A stretch of 63,260 nucleotides of DNA, counting the filler, from an uncultured Methanosarcinales archaeon (lineage in GTDB: Archaea; Nanobdellota; Nanobdellia; Woesearchaeales; JACPBV01), in the NCBI GenBank assembly GCA_964492935.1. It is 4 parts of 4 records of this genome, joined end to end, with 100 filler letters (N's around TTAATTAATTAA, not from the genome) between each part and the next. Parts side by side here need not be neighbours in the genome. Positions count along the whole stretch, not along the records: positions 1 to 20,987 come from CAZBLF010000020.1; positions 21,088 to 41,050 come from CAZBLF010000021.1; 2 more parts are not named here. The stretch is one strand, 5' to 3'. Below are positions 19,173 to 28,144 of the stretch, piece after piece. The notes below the pieces were generated by a model that did not search any database, was not told the DNA's origin, and saw only the letters and a program-made list of their open reading frames with translations. How positions within the stretch are numbered: the stretch's first letter is position 1; each line of letters opens with the position of its first letter. The position numbers were made by a program, and so were the translations under genes.

Positions 19173-19774
19173 TTTTCCTTGAGATGTTTGTACAGTGTGG
19201 TGTAGCTTTTGTAGAGTGGAGGTACCATCAACGCTGAGAAGAGGATGATTGATTCTGTTGTGATATTGAGATTGAAAAATGCCCATAGCCCATATGTACA
19301 GTATAGGACGTATTTGGATCTAAACACCTTCTTGATGGGCTTCCCTATACTATTTCGGATAATGATGAAAATAATCAGGATTGTGTAGAGATAAGTGTAG
19401 GTGATTGCCCATAGAGAGTTTAGTAACCCTATTGTAACTAGGACTATTGTTACTGCAACCATCCCTGAATGATCGAGCATAATATCGAGGAATGCCCCAG
19501 CATTGTTCTCCCTCTTTTGATACCTTGCAAGTGCTCCATCAATCCCGTCTACAACGACATGACTGAATAAAAAGATTGATGCTATTGCGGGTGCAGATCT
19601 TGCATACACTATGAAGCCTATGAGCAGTGCAAACCCAAACAGACTCACCCCGTTTGGGGTGATTTTGAGTTTGTCAAGCATTTGACAGATAGGTTTTGTG
19701 ATTCGTGTCCTGAAGTTCTAAAAGTTTTCTTCCATCTGTTGCTCTTCTTCTGCAAAATAGTTCAGTTTTTTCAT
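19169..19774 (-). CDS. CDP-alcohol phosphatidyltransferase with an in-frame TAG at codon 19 (19718-19720); intact ORF from 19681
   Basis: ITPN.VS and DGIDGALAR...GAFLD..LD motifs; upstream ATG at 19774 coupled to the preceding stop codon. Confidence 0.85.
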
Positions 19775-20343
19775 CCCATAATCACCTTTAGAATACTATT
19801 CACGAAATTTGACCCGTCGAAGCCTGGAAGAGGTATGATGTTAAAGAATCCTAGAAACATGTTGATCTTTCCTAGAGGTATTGCTATTGCATAGTATTTT
19901 CTGTCAATCCATCCGTTTTTTACTGCTGCAACGGATAAACCCCAAAGAATGAAATTTGTAGCTGGACCTGCAATCGCTACGATTGCGGATTGGAGTGCTG
20001 GTAGGGCGGTATGCGCTACGTAACCGCCTACGAAGAATAATAGGGGGAAGTTGAGCATCTTTAGGAGGATGACGATTGCGTACCAGCCATACGGTGCGTG
20101 TAATGTGGCTGTGGCTCCGAATGAGACTGCAGCTATCTTATGTGCTAGTTCATGTAAAACAACTGCTGGCGCAGTTATCATCGCTGCATGTTTGATGTTT
20201 TCCCACCGTCTGTTCTTTTGGTAGTGTTGTAACGGATCATATCCTTCTTCTGGCTTTTTTTGAAACATGTCTGAGAAGATGTAGCCTATTGCAAAGGTCA
20301 TTGCTGCAATGTCTATGATTTCTTTTGGACTAAGGAATACCAT
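19771..20343 (-). CDS. M50 family membrane metallopeptidase
   Basis: HELAH, AGPATN, FNIIPLPGFDG. Confidence 0.9.
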   Translation of the reverse strand: MVFLSPKEIIDIAAMTFAIGYIFSDMFQKKPEEGYDPLQHYQKNRRWENIKHAAMITAPAVVLHELAHKIAAVSFGATATLHAPYGWYAIVILLKMLNFPLLFFVGGYVAHTALPALQSAIVAIAGPATNFILWGLSVAAVKNGWIDRKYYAIAIPLGKINMFLGFFNIIPLPGFDGSNFVNSILKVIMG

Positions 20344-20344
20344 G

Positions 20345-20737
20345 TTAATCGTCTAGTATTTGGATGTAGCTCTTATTTCTCATTACTATTCTTGGAATAT
20401 TCTTCGCTTTGAGTTTCTTTCTTAGGATGATGTCTTGGGTTGCGACGATGTGTTTGTCTTTTTTTACTAATGCTAAGATCTCTTTATCGACATGGTATTG
20501 TTGCGGTGTTTTGATTACGGGTATTTTTTTTCTTGTTATGAAACTCAATGCTAGTTTTGCTGCTTCTTTATCTTTGCCTTTGCTTTTCTCGATTAGATTT
20601 TGTAGTTCTTTTACGGTTCCATCTACAACTGCTAATTTGTAGTTGAAGAGGCATGATTTGTCGATTGCTGTAAAGATGTCTAGCTTGAACTGTGCAGGTA
20701 TCATTAAGAAGTTGGTGTCAAGGATGATTGTTTTCAT
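20345..20737 (-). CDS. PIN domain protein (Fcf1/Utp24-like)
   Basis: IILDTNFLM, V.EL, VD..I, VATQD..L. Confidence 0.9.
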   Translation of the reverse strand: MKTIILDTNFLMIPAQFKLDIFTAIDKSCLFNYKLAVVDGTVKELQNLIEKSKGKDKEAAKLALSFITRKKIPVIKTPQQYHVDKEILALVKKDKHIVATQDIILRKKLKAKNIPRIVMRNKSYIQILDD

Positions 20738-20780
20738 AGATAGGTTTTATTGGTGGGATATAAAAGAGTATTTGTTTTGG

Positions 20781-20914
20781 GTATGTGCATAGCACCTTCG
20801 AAATTCTTGCTCTTGACTTCTGAAGGTGCTGCGTCCCCGGATGGGGCAACCCCGCGCAACGCACTTAATTCTGAGGTATCAATGAATTTCGACCTGGTGA
20901 TGCTATGCACATAC
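20781..20914. mobile_element. MITE family 1, copy 1 (134 bp, 14-bp TIR, 8-bp TSD TGTTTTGG)
   Basis: TIR GTATGTGCATAGCA/TGCTATGCACATAC; matches copies at 24016 and 48460. Confidence 0.93.
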
Positions 20915-20932
20915 TGTTTTGGTTGAGGGGAC

Positions 20933-20987
20933 GTATGTGCATAGTCGATAATTAGCCTCGATTTTTCTGGAATTTTATCAAATATTG
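20933..20987. mobile_element. Possible end of a related (autonomous?) IS running into the contig end
   Basis: Begins GTATGTGCATAG, identical to the first 12 bp of the MITE TIR, then diverges. Confidence 0.5.
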
Positions 20988-21087
20988 NNNNNNNNNNNNN
21001 NNNNNNNNNNNNNNNNNNNNNNNNNNNNNNNTTAATTAATTAANNNNNNNNNNNNNNNNNNNNNNNNNNNNNNNNNNNNNNNNNNNN
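20988..21087. other. Artificial contig-join spacer
   Basis: 100 nt of N containing TTAATTAATTAA (stops in all frames). Confidence 0.95.
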
Positions 21088-21491
21088 TAAGGAATTTCAC
21101 TGTGCAACACCGTGGAGAACAGAAAAAACGTACTATTCAGAGCCAAAAACAACGAACCCAACAACGCAACCCGCTTAGAAAAGAGACGCAATCCTAACAA
21201 GTAGGTAAGCACCACACTCCCTACACTAAAAAGCCCCAACAACACCTTCCCAAACAACACCGCATCCAAACCCAACTTCCAGAATAATCCAAGCAGTAAT
21301 GGCCATACAACAGGCCTAGCATCCTCATACAAACCACTCTCACCGCCAGAATACAGATATTTGCCCATCCCTACATAAACCGAGCTATCCCACCAAAGAT
21401 CCGCATGGACTGCTGAAAAGGAGCCTAGGAGCAAACTAAATGCCAGTAAAATACCTATAAACAGCCCATGATCACGTATTCTAAACCGCAT
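21088..21491 (-). CDS. GT-C/family 39 (PMT-like) membrane glycosyltransferase, 3'-truncated
   Basis: WWDSSVY, RP..P.LLG, multiple TM helices. Confidence 0.8.
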
Positions 21492-21522
21492 ACCTTAAAG
21501 AAACAAATACTCCTTATTAATC

Positions 21523-22203
21523 TTACTCAGAACAAATACTCAAATTTCTACCCTGACACAAAACGTCAGTCATCATCCGCTTATCTCGCAAACCACAATA
21601 CGTGCCATCCTCTATCACCATGCACGGATAATCAGTAACGTTGTAAAACTGTGTCAATACCGAAATAGAAGGAAGCTCCAGATCCGCATCGAACGAAAAG
21701 ATAGACAACTCCTCATCTATCTCTCTATTCATGTCCGTCAGCACAAAACTCTGTGCATCACAATCCGCACATTCCTCCTTACGCTTGTAAAAGTACAACA
21801 ACACCGTCTGATTGACAACACAGCGCTGCTTCATTTCTTTCAACATAGAAAAATACCGCACCTCGTTCCGATTAAACTTTCTCTTCTGCTCCAAGTAAAA
21901 CGGATCATCCATAAATTCTTCAGTAATCGTCCGATAACGGTCAATCTTAATTCCAGCATCCCACAACGTCCTATCCATATGCGACAATCTACTTGCCATC
22001 GCAATACAACCACTCTCCTCATCAAACAAATCAGCAAGCAACGTTAACGCCTGCAACTCCTCATACTCCTCCAAAATCTCATCCATCTTATCCAACACCG
22101 CCCGCTCCCGCTCCCGAGACAAATACAAGTTAAACGAAAGAATAATCAAGAACAATAACACAGTCAACAAGAAACCAGTAAGAAAGATAGATCGCTTCAC
22201 CAT
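21523..22203 (-). CDS. Membrane-anchored protein with C-terminal thioredoxin-like fold
   Basis: N-terminal TM; YFY...CADC.AQ.FVL and YP.MVI motifs. Confidence 0.7.
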   Translation of the reverse strand: MVKRSIFLTGFLLTVLLFLIILSFNLYLSRERERAVLDKMDEILEEYEELQALTLLADLFDEESGCIAMASRLSHMDRTLWDAGIKIDRYRTITEEFMDDPFYLEQKRKFNRNEVRYFSMLKEMKQRCVVNQTVLLYFYKRKEECADCDAQSFVLTDMNREIDEELSIFSFDADLELPSISVLTQFYNVTDYPCMVIEDGTYCGLRDKRMMTDVLCQGRNLSICSE

Positions 22204-23435
22204 TCCACCTTGCGTCTAAAAATAACGGTGAAAAAGGAAACAAACCAAAAGTACTGGTACAAGAAAAACAGGGCAGCATACCCTACATATCCTACAAGCT
22301 TCTTCCGAATCTTGTGTTCCGTAATTTTCATACCATACGTGAGCAGTGCATACGTTCCAACGATACCACTAATCGCCAAAATCCCAAAGATACTAATCGA
22401 CAGCACATCCGGACTTTTTACGACAATCCAATCCAAAACATTGTAATCGGTTAATGATAGATAAGAAAGATTCCGAACGAGATTCGATACACCCATGTAC
22501 AAGGAAACAACAAATAACACCATCCCTAATGCAGTCAATGAATAGATAAAAGGAATGAACACCCCAAATAAACCGGCGCGCTTTGTAAGCAAGAACGACT
22601 TGTGCTTCCACAACGTCAACAATGCACCAGAATACCATCGCTTTCGCTGACGATACAGCGACTTAAGATTGCCCGGAATAATAGTTTCAACCGCAGTTGC
22701 AAGACAACACGCAACAGAATATCCTGCCTGCCGAATTCGATAGGCAATCTCTAAATCCTCGGTAATATTCTTAGCATCAAATCCTCCAATTTCCGCAAGC
22801 AATGAAGATCGATAAATGGAAAACGGTCCAGGCGTCACATACACACAATTACAGCGTGAAAAGACCTTCAAAAACAGCGATAATCCCAAAATATATTCCA
22901 ATTCAACAACCTTCTGCAACAACGTATTGGTATTTTTTACTTTCACCGATACCGTAACCGCTCCAACTCCTTTTTCCTTAAAATACGGCAACGTCTTCAT
23001 GAAGATATCGGCATCCACAAACGAATCAGCGTCCATACAAGCAATGTACGTTCCGCTAGCATGTTCAATACCCTGATTCAGGCACGCAGCCTTACCTTTA
23101 TTTACTGCATTATCTATCAACCGAACCGCTCCTGAATCAACATAAGGCTTAACCACGCTCGCAGTACCATCCGTACTTCCATCATTCACTACAAGTACCT
23201 CAAATAAGTGCTTAGGATAGTCAACTCGCTTCAATGAGTCCAAACACCCAGCAATCTTACTCTCCTCATTATACGCAGAGATAATCAAGCTCACCTTTGG
23301 AAGAGTGCCATTCATCTCAGGAGGATACTCAAATAACTCCTCCTTAAGCTTAAACAACGACAATAAGAATACAATAATGAAGTATGTAGATAAGAACCAC
23401 ACCAAGTAAACTAACACCGTATAGACAATATTCAT
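22197..23435 (-). CDS. Processive family 2 glycosyltransferase (cellulose synthase/PgaC-like)
   Basis: DGS.D, GKA..LN, DAD, TED, QRKRW motifs plus TM helices. Confidence 0.93.
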   Translation of the reverse strand: MNIVYTVLVYLVWFLSTYFIIVFLLSLFKLKEELFEYPPEMNGTLPKVSLIISAYNEESKIAGCLDSLKRVDYPKHLFEVLVVNDGSTDGTASVVKPYVDSGAVRLIDNAVNKGKAACLNQGIEHASGTYIACMDADSFVDADIFMKTLPYFKEKGVGAVTVSVKVKNTNTLLQKVVELEYILGLSLFLKVFSRCNCVYVTPGPFSIYRSSLLAEIGGFDAKNITEDLEIAYRIRQAGYSVACCLATAVETIIPGNLKSLYRQRKRWYSGALLTLWKHKSFLLTKRAGLFGVFIPFIYSLTALGMVLFVVSLYMGVSNLVRNLSYLSLTDYNVLDWIVVKSPDVLSISIFGILAISGIVGTYALLTYGMKITEHKIRKKLVGYVGYAALFFLYQYFWFVSFFTVIFRRKVEW

Positions 23436-23479
23436 AAAGCAAGAAAAGCAACTATGTCTTTATTAACCTTACTATCTAT

Positions 23480-23959
23480 TCACCGAATGTCAATAGTAAA
23501 ATCCTTGGGTCCAATACCGGCTAAATCAATAGAACATAACTCAACACCAGTCGGAGTAGAATCGGCTAACGTCACCAACAAATTAAACGTCCCCATCTCC
23601 GAAGGATCAATAGCTCGATCATTGGCGGTCTGTGTAATAGCATTTGCACCCGTCAACCCGGGACAAGTAATAGTCGGAGCCACCGCCGTCGCACCACTAT
23701 TAGTATTATACACATTAACCTTCAACACCAAGCTTTCGCCTGCTGATGTGATAATAGATTCTCGTGAAAGAGTAATAGGAAAAGCACCACTTGCCAAAGC
23801 AGCTTCTGGCTCACTACTAATCTGTTCATCAAATGAAGTAGAAACTTTAGTAAACATACCTCGAATAAAACCTAAACCAAGACCCAACATCACAATAGCG
23901 AGAATCAGCGTTACAATAGCAGTCACCGATAATTCCATAGCTGCTTTTTTCGACTTCAT
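23480..23959 (-). CDS. Type IV pilin-like protein (class III signal peptide)
   Basis: MKSKKAA|MELSVTAIVTLILAIVMLGLGL; the longer ORF-track start lies inside the MITE. Confidence 0.8.
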   Translation of the reverse strand: MKSKKAAMELSVTAIVTLILAIVMLGLGLGFIRGMFTKVSTSFDEQISSEPEAALASGAFPITLSRESIITSAGESLVLKVNVYNTNSGATAVAPTITCPGLTGANAITQTANDRAIDPSEMGTFNLLVTLADSTPTGVELCSIDLAGIGPKDFTIDIR

Positions 23960-24015
23960 TTGATTATGCACAAGTATATCCATGCAGAACCCATTAATAA
24001 ATCTATCTATTTTTG

Positions 24016-24149
24016 GTATGTGCATAGCACCTTCGAAATTCTTGCTCTTGACTTCTGAAGGTGCTGCGTCCCCGGATGGGGCAACCCCGCGCAACGCACT
24101 TAATTCTGAGGTATCAATGAATTTCGACCTGGTGATGCTATGCACATAC
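24016..24149. mobile_element. MITE family 1, copy 2 (8-bp TSD TATTTTTG)
   Basis: Matches copy 1; lies between divergent pilin and radB genes. Confidence 0.93.
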
Positions 24150-24193
24150 TATTTTTGCACTATCTTTATATCTCCAACCGCCCTACCCCACAC

Positions 24194-24904
24194 ATGACTC
24201 AGCGCAAGATTCCCACAGGAAGCAAAATTCTCGATCGCATGCTCCAGGGAGGCTACGAGTCTGATGTCATTACAACACTCTACGGACCTGCCGGATCTGG
24301 CAAGACCATTCTCTGCATGCTTGCAGCCGTAACGATGGCCCGCTCAGGAAAGAAAGTAATCTACATCGACACCGAAAACAACTTCTCTACAGAGCGCCTC
24401 AAACAAATAGCACCCTATGACTACAACAAAATCCTAAAACAAATAGCATTCCTCCGTCCCGTCACCTTCGACGAGCAAAAGGACATGTTCACCAAACTAA
24501 CCAAACTCATCAACAAAGGAATTGGCCTAGTCATCATCGATACTATCGCCATGCTCTATCGCATAGCTCTCGGAAATGAAACCAATCCGTTCGCAATCAA
24601 TAAAGCACTAGGAACCCAACTCGCATTAATTAACGAGATTACAAGAAAGAAAGACATCCCAGTACTCTTAGCAAATCACAGCTATGCCGACTTCGATGAC
24701 AAGACCAAGGTAGTCGCCCTAGGCGGAGAAATCCTAAGATACAGTAGCAAATGCCTGATCGAGCTCGCATCCACACCAGAAGGCAACCGCAAAGCCATCC
24801 TCAGAAAGCACCGCTCAATCGCAGAGGAAACAGAAATCACTTTCAAGATCGTTGAGGCCGGCGTCCTCGGAACAAAAGAATCCAAAGGCTTCAAATTATT
24901 CTAA
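24194..24904 (+). CDS. radB: DNA repair protein RadB
   Basis: IPTGS..LD.ML.GG.E, GPAGSGKT, IYIDTE, C-terminal LRKHRS basic patch. Confidence 0.93.
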   Translation: MTQRKIPTGSKILDRMLQGGYESDVITTLYGPAGSGKTILCMLAAVTMARSGKKVIYIDTENNFSTERLKQIAPYDYNKILKQIAFLRPVTFDEQKDMFTKLTKLINKGIGLVIIDTIAMLYRIALGNETNPFAINKALGTQLALINEITRKKDIPVLLANHSYADFDDKTKVVALGGEILRYSSKCLIELASTPEGNRKAILRKHRSIAEETEITFKIVEAGVLGTKESKGFKLF

Positions 24905-24978
24905 CTCGAGTCATTTACCCAACACCCCATTATAGCAATCTTTTTAAAGATCTCACAATTAATGAAACCTAATCAAAA

Positions 24979-26466
24979 ATGGCTAAAGGCAACAAAAAAT
25001 CAAGGTTAAGTGCATACGAACGGCTCGATATTCTTCTAGATAAAGACTCATTCACCGAACTCGATGAGCATGTTGTTCTTCAATCACACCAATTCAATCT
25101 CCAAGAGAAAAAGCAAGCTAAGGATGGTGTAGTTACCGGTTTCGGCACCATCCAAGGACGCAAAGTCTGCATCTATGCCCAAGACTTCTCCTTTATGGGC
25201 GGTTCCATGGGCGAAATGCACAACAAAAAGATTGCAAAGGTAATGGAATACTCATTAATGACGGGCATCCCCATCATAGGTTTATTAGATTCTGGCGGCG
25301 CCAGAATTCAAGAAGGAATCCAAGGCCTAGACGGTGGCGGACGCATCTTCAAACTCAACACTCTAGCATCCGGAGTTATCCCTCAAATTTCGGCAATCCT
25401 CGGCCCCTGTGCAGGAATAGCAGTCTATTCACCTGCCCTCACCGATTTCACCTTTATGGTTGAAGGCGTCAGCAACATGTTTATCACCGGACCTAACATC
25501 GTAAAAACCGTTACCGGCGAAGATATCAGTTTTGAAGATCTAGGGGGAGCACAAGTCCACGCAAAAAAATCAGGAGTAGCACATTTTACAGCAGCATCCG
25601 AAAAAGAATGCCTAGTGAGAATAAAAAAACTGCTAAGCTATCTTCCCTCAAACAACCTAGAAAATCCCCCATTCATTGATTATGAAGATTCCAAGAAAAG
25701 AAAAGCAAAACTCAAGAGCATTATCCCGAGCGATCCCAAAAAAAGCTATGACGTAAAAGAAGTCATCCAGGAAGTCATGGATAAAGATTCGTTTTGCGAG
25801 GTCATGGAAGACTTCGCCCAAAACGCAGTAACTGGTTTCGCAAGGCTTGACAATAAAGTAGTCGCAATCATAGCAAATCAACCGATGATCCTTGCAGGTT
25901 GCCTAGACATCAACAGCTCAGACAAGATAGCACGTTTCGTCAGATGCGCTGACGCCTTCAACATCCCAATCATTAATCTTGTTGACGTCACCGGCTATCT
26001 ACCCGGTACAGACCAGGAACATCAAGGCATCATCCGACACGGAGCAAAAATGCTGTATTCTTATGCAGAAGCCACCGTACCTAAAATCTCGTTAGTGATG
26101 CGTAAAGCATATGGGGGAGCCTATATCGCTCTAGCCTCAAAAGAAATGGCCTATGACTATGTTCTGAGCTGGCCCTCAGCCGAAATCGCAGTGATGGGGG
26201 CCGAGCAAGCAGTCAATCTTATTCACAGAAAGGAAATCGCAGCAGACAAAACCAATAAAAAGAGAAACGAGTACATTAAGCAGTACCAAAAGCAATTTCT
26301 AAATCCAGATGAGGCAGCACGTACCGGTAAGATCGACAAAATCATCGATCCCGAGGAAACGCGCATCCATCTTATCCGAGCAATCGAACTTCTTGAAGGT
26401 AAACGAGTAAAAGGAACCGGCCTCAAGGCATCAACCGCCAGAAAACACGGCAACATTCCGCTTTAA
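24979..26466 (+). CDS. Acyl-CoA carboxylase carboxyltransferase subunit (PccB/AccD-type)
   Basis: DGVVTG, QDFS..GGS.G, DSGGARIQEG, MFITGP, GIIRHGAK, RKAYGGA, KHGNIPL. Confidence 0.96.
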   Translation: MAKGNKKSRLSAYERLDILLDKDSFTELDEHVVLQSHQFNLQEKKQAKDGVVTGFGTIQGRKVCIYAQDFSFMGGSMGEMHNKKIAKVMEYSLMTGIPIIGLLDSGGARIQEGIQGLDGGGRIFKLNTLASGVIPQISAILGPCAGIAVYSPALTDFTFMVEGVSNMFITGPNIVKTVTGEDISFEDLGGAQVHAKKSGVAHFTAASEKECLVRIKKLLSYLPSNNLENPPFIDYEDSKKRKAKLKSIIPSDPKKSYDVKEVIQEVMDKDSFCEVMEDFAQNAVTGFARLDNKVVAIIANQPMILAGCLDINSSDKIARFVRCADAFNIPIINLVDVTGYLPGTDQEHQGIIRHGAKMLYSYAEATVPKISLVMRKAYGGAYIALASKEMAYDYVLSWPSAEIAVMGAEQAVNLIHRKEIAADKTNKKRNEYIKQYQKQFLNPDEAARTGKIDKIIDPEETRIHLIRAIELLEGKRVKGTGLKASTARKHGNIPL

Positions 26467-26467
26467 A

Positions 26468-26854
26468 ATGCGCGAGCTAAAGATAAAGATCGATGGCAAG
26501 GAACATCTCGTCAAGGTAGAAGAAGTTCGCCAAGGCAAAGTTCGCGTCCATCTCCAAGGAGAGGTCTTCGAAGTAGATACGCAGAGCAATCGAGGAAAGG
26601 AATTAGAGGATGCCATTTCTGAGAAAAAAGACGCAGGCGGAAGCTCACACATCAAAGCCCCACTTCCCGGAACCGTATTCTCCATTAACGTAAAACCTGG
26701 GCAAGCAGTCAAGAAAGGAGAGAAATTACTGAGCCTCATGGCCATGAAGATGGAAAATGAAATAACCGCGCCCAAGTCGGGAAAAATAAAATCAATAGAA
26801 GTAAAACAACATCAGACCGTCGACAAAGGAGAACTTCTCATCACGCTACAATAA
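26468..26854 (+). CDS. accB: Biotin carboxyl carrier protein
   Basis: APLPG and AMKMENEI biotinylation motif. Confidence 0.93.
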   Translation: MRELKIKIDGKEHLVKVEEVRQGKVRVHLQGEVFEVDTQSNRGKELEDAISEKKDAGGSSHIKAPLPGTVFSINVKPGQAVKKGEKLLSLMAMKMENEITAPKSGKIKSIEVKQHQTVDKGELLITLQ

Positions 26855-26998
26855 TCAGGAAGCCTGAACTTCATTCCACCTGAACTCACGTAACTTAATC
26901 CCCTTCTTTCGCAACGATATGCTAATGTGCTGATTAAGCCGCAACAAACTCTGCGTCTCAAGCAACTCGTGTAATTCCTCAAGTTCATCTATGCCCAT
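26855..26998 (-). CDS. Small hypothetical protein (47 aa)
   Basis: Manual translation MGIDELEELHELLETQSLLRLNQH...; ATG overlaps upstream TGA. Confidence 0.4.
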   Translation of the reverse strand: MGIDELEELHELLETQSLLRLNQHISISLRKKGIKLREFRWNEVQAS

Positions 26999-27237
26999 CA
27001 TCGTTTTCTTTCACCTGATGCTCTTCCAAATAAAATACCGGTCAACACATTCAACGCCCAAGCCTGAAATACATTAATCTGAAGCGAAGCAAAATTAACG
27101 AAAACATAATTCCACAACCACATTACGGGAAACGCTAACAATAAACCAACAATCGCAGAAAGAATAATAATGATAAACATCGTATATCCCAAATCCACCA
27201 AGCGTTTTAACATCGGCATTGAGTCGAGAAACGTCAT
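26998..27237 (-). CDS. Small membrane protein
   Basis: Two hydrophobic segments, P.MWLWN...I..QAW.L.L..ILF. Confidence 0.65.
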   Translation of the reverse strand: MTFLDSMPMLKRLVDLGYTMFIIIILSAIVGLLLAFPVMWLWNYVFVNFASLQINVFQAWALNVLTGILFGRASGERKR

Positions 27238-27286
27238 TTTCTAATGCTATGCCAACACCGCAGATATATAAATGTTCTCATTACTT

Positions 27287-27449
27287 GGGCTGAGTAGAAA
27301 GTCCTGGTCACCGGCATGAAGTCGAAATCCAATTAATCTTAAGAGCAGGCTGACAAAGGGGTTGTCCCTACGGGAAAAGTCAGCTTTCTATATTCAGAAG
27401 CAAGATTTCGAAGCTGGTGATCCTACGAAGTGAGACTTTCTACTGAGCC
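27287..27449. mobile_element. MITE family 2, copy A (TSD CATTACTT)
   Basis: TIR GGCT(G/C)AGTAGAAAGTC; direct repeat on both flanks; homologous to 56340-56502. Confidence 0.85.
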
Positions 27450-27478
27450 CATTACTTAATCATCTAACGAAAGAAGCC

Positions 27479-28144
27479 TTATCGACCATCAACAAGAGTC
27501 CCGTCCTGCATCACACGAGCACCCGAAGCAGTTTCCAAAATAAGATAGCCCTGCGACGTAATTCCCGTAACTTTGCCCGAATGCCGCTCGCCAGCATCCT
27601 CGACAGTAATCTCATTACCTAAGGTAACGCAATGCCTGCTGTACTCCTCAATCAACTGCTCAGCATCAACATCAGAAAATCTTTTTTCAAAGGCTGCACA
27701 TAACGCATCGACCACCGCACCGTTATCCACACTCCCAAGGCTAGCAGCAGACAATGCATCAGAAACAATATTATGAGTATTAATCCCAATTCCAATAACA
27801 TACAGTACCTCCGCTCCCTGCACCGATTCAATCAAGATTCCCCCGACCTTCTTACCCTCAATCAGAATATCATTCGGCCACTTAATACTCGCCTCAGCCC
27901 CAAACGAAGCAACCACATCACGAACCGCCAACGCACTCACAATAGGCAGCAACGATGCACTAAATGGCAACACCCCATACGTCAGCGAAACATACACGCC
28001 ACCCAACGCACTTTCCCACACCCTATCAAATCTACCTCTCCCAGCAACCTGCTCATTAGCAACAATACACAATCCCGCCTCCGCCAAACGCTTTGCCTCA
28101 GTATTCGTAGAATCTAAAGAATCATAGTTGATGCGTCTAAACAT
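27479..28144 (-). CDS. birA: Biotin--protein ligase
   Basis: LDSTN, Q.AGRGR..R.W.S, IKWPND, KKVGGILIE, GIGIN. Confidence 0.95.
   Translation of the reverse strand: MFRRINYDSLDSTNTEAKRLAEAGLCIVANEQVAGRGRFDRVWESALGGVYVSLTYGVLPFSASLLPIVSALAVRDVVASFGAEASIKWPNDILIEGKKVGGILIESVQGAEVLYVIGIGINTHNIVSDALSAASLGSVDNGAVVDALCAAFEKRFSDVDAEQLIEEYSRHCVTLGNEITVEDAGERHSGKVTGITSQGYLILETASGARVMQDGTLVDGR

Noticed and set aside
20988..21087. TTAATTAATTAA palindrome within N runs (also 41051-41150 and 60598-60697)
   Set aside because: Identical 100-nt spacer with stops in all frames; an assembly or concatenation artefact, not biology
23960..24193. Long N-terminal extensions of the pilin (to 24145) and RadB (from 24140), and ORF 23982-24197
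   Set aside because: These arise from reading through the inserted MITE
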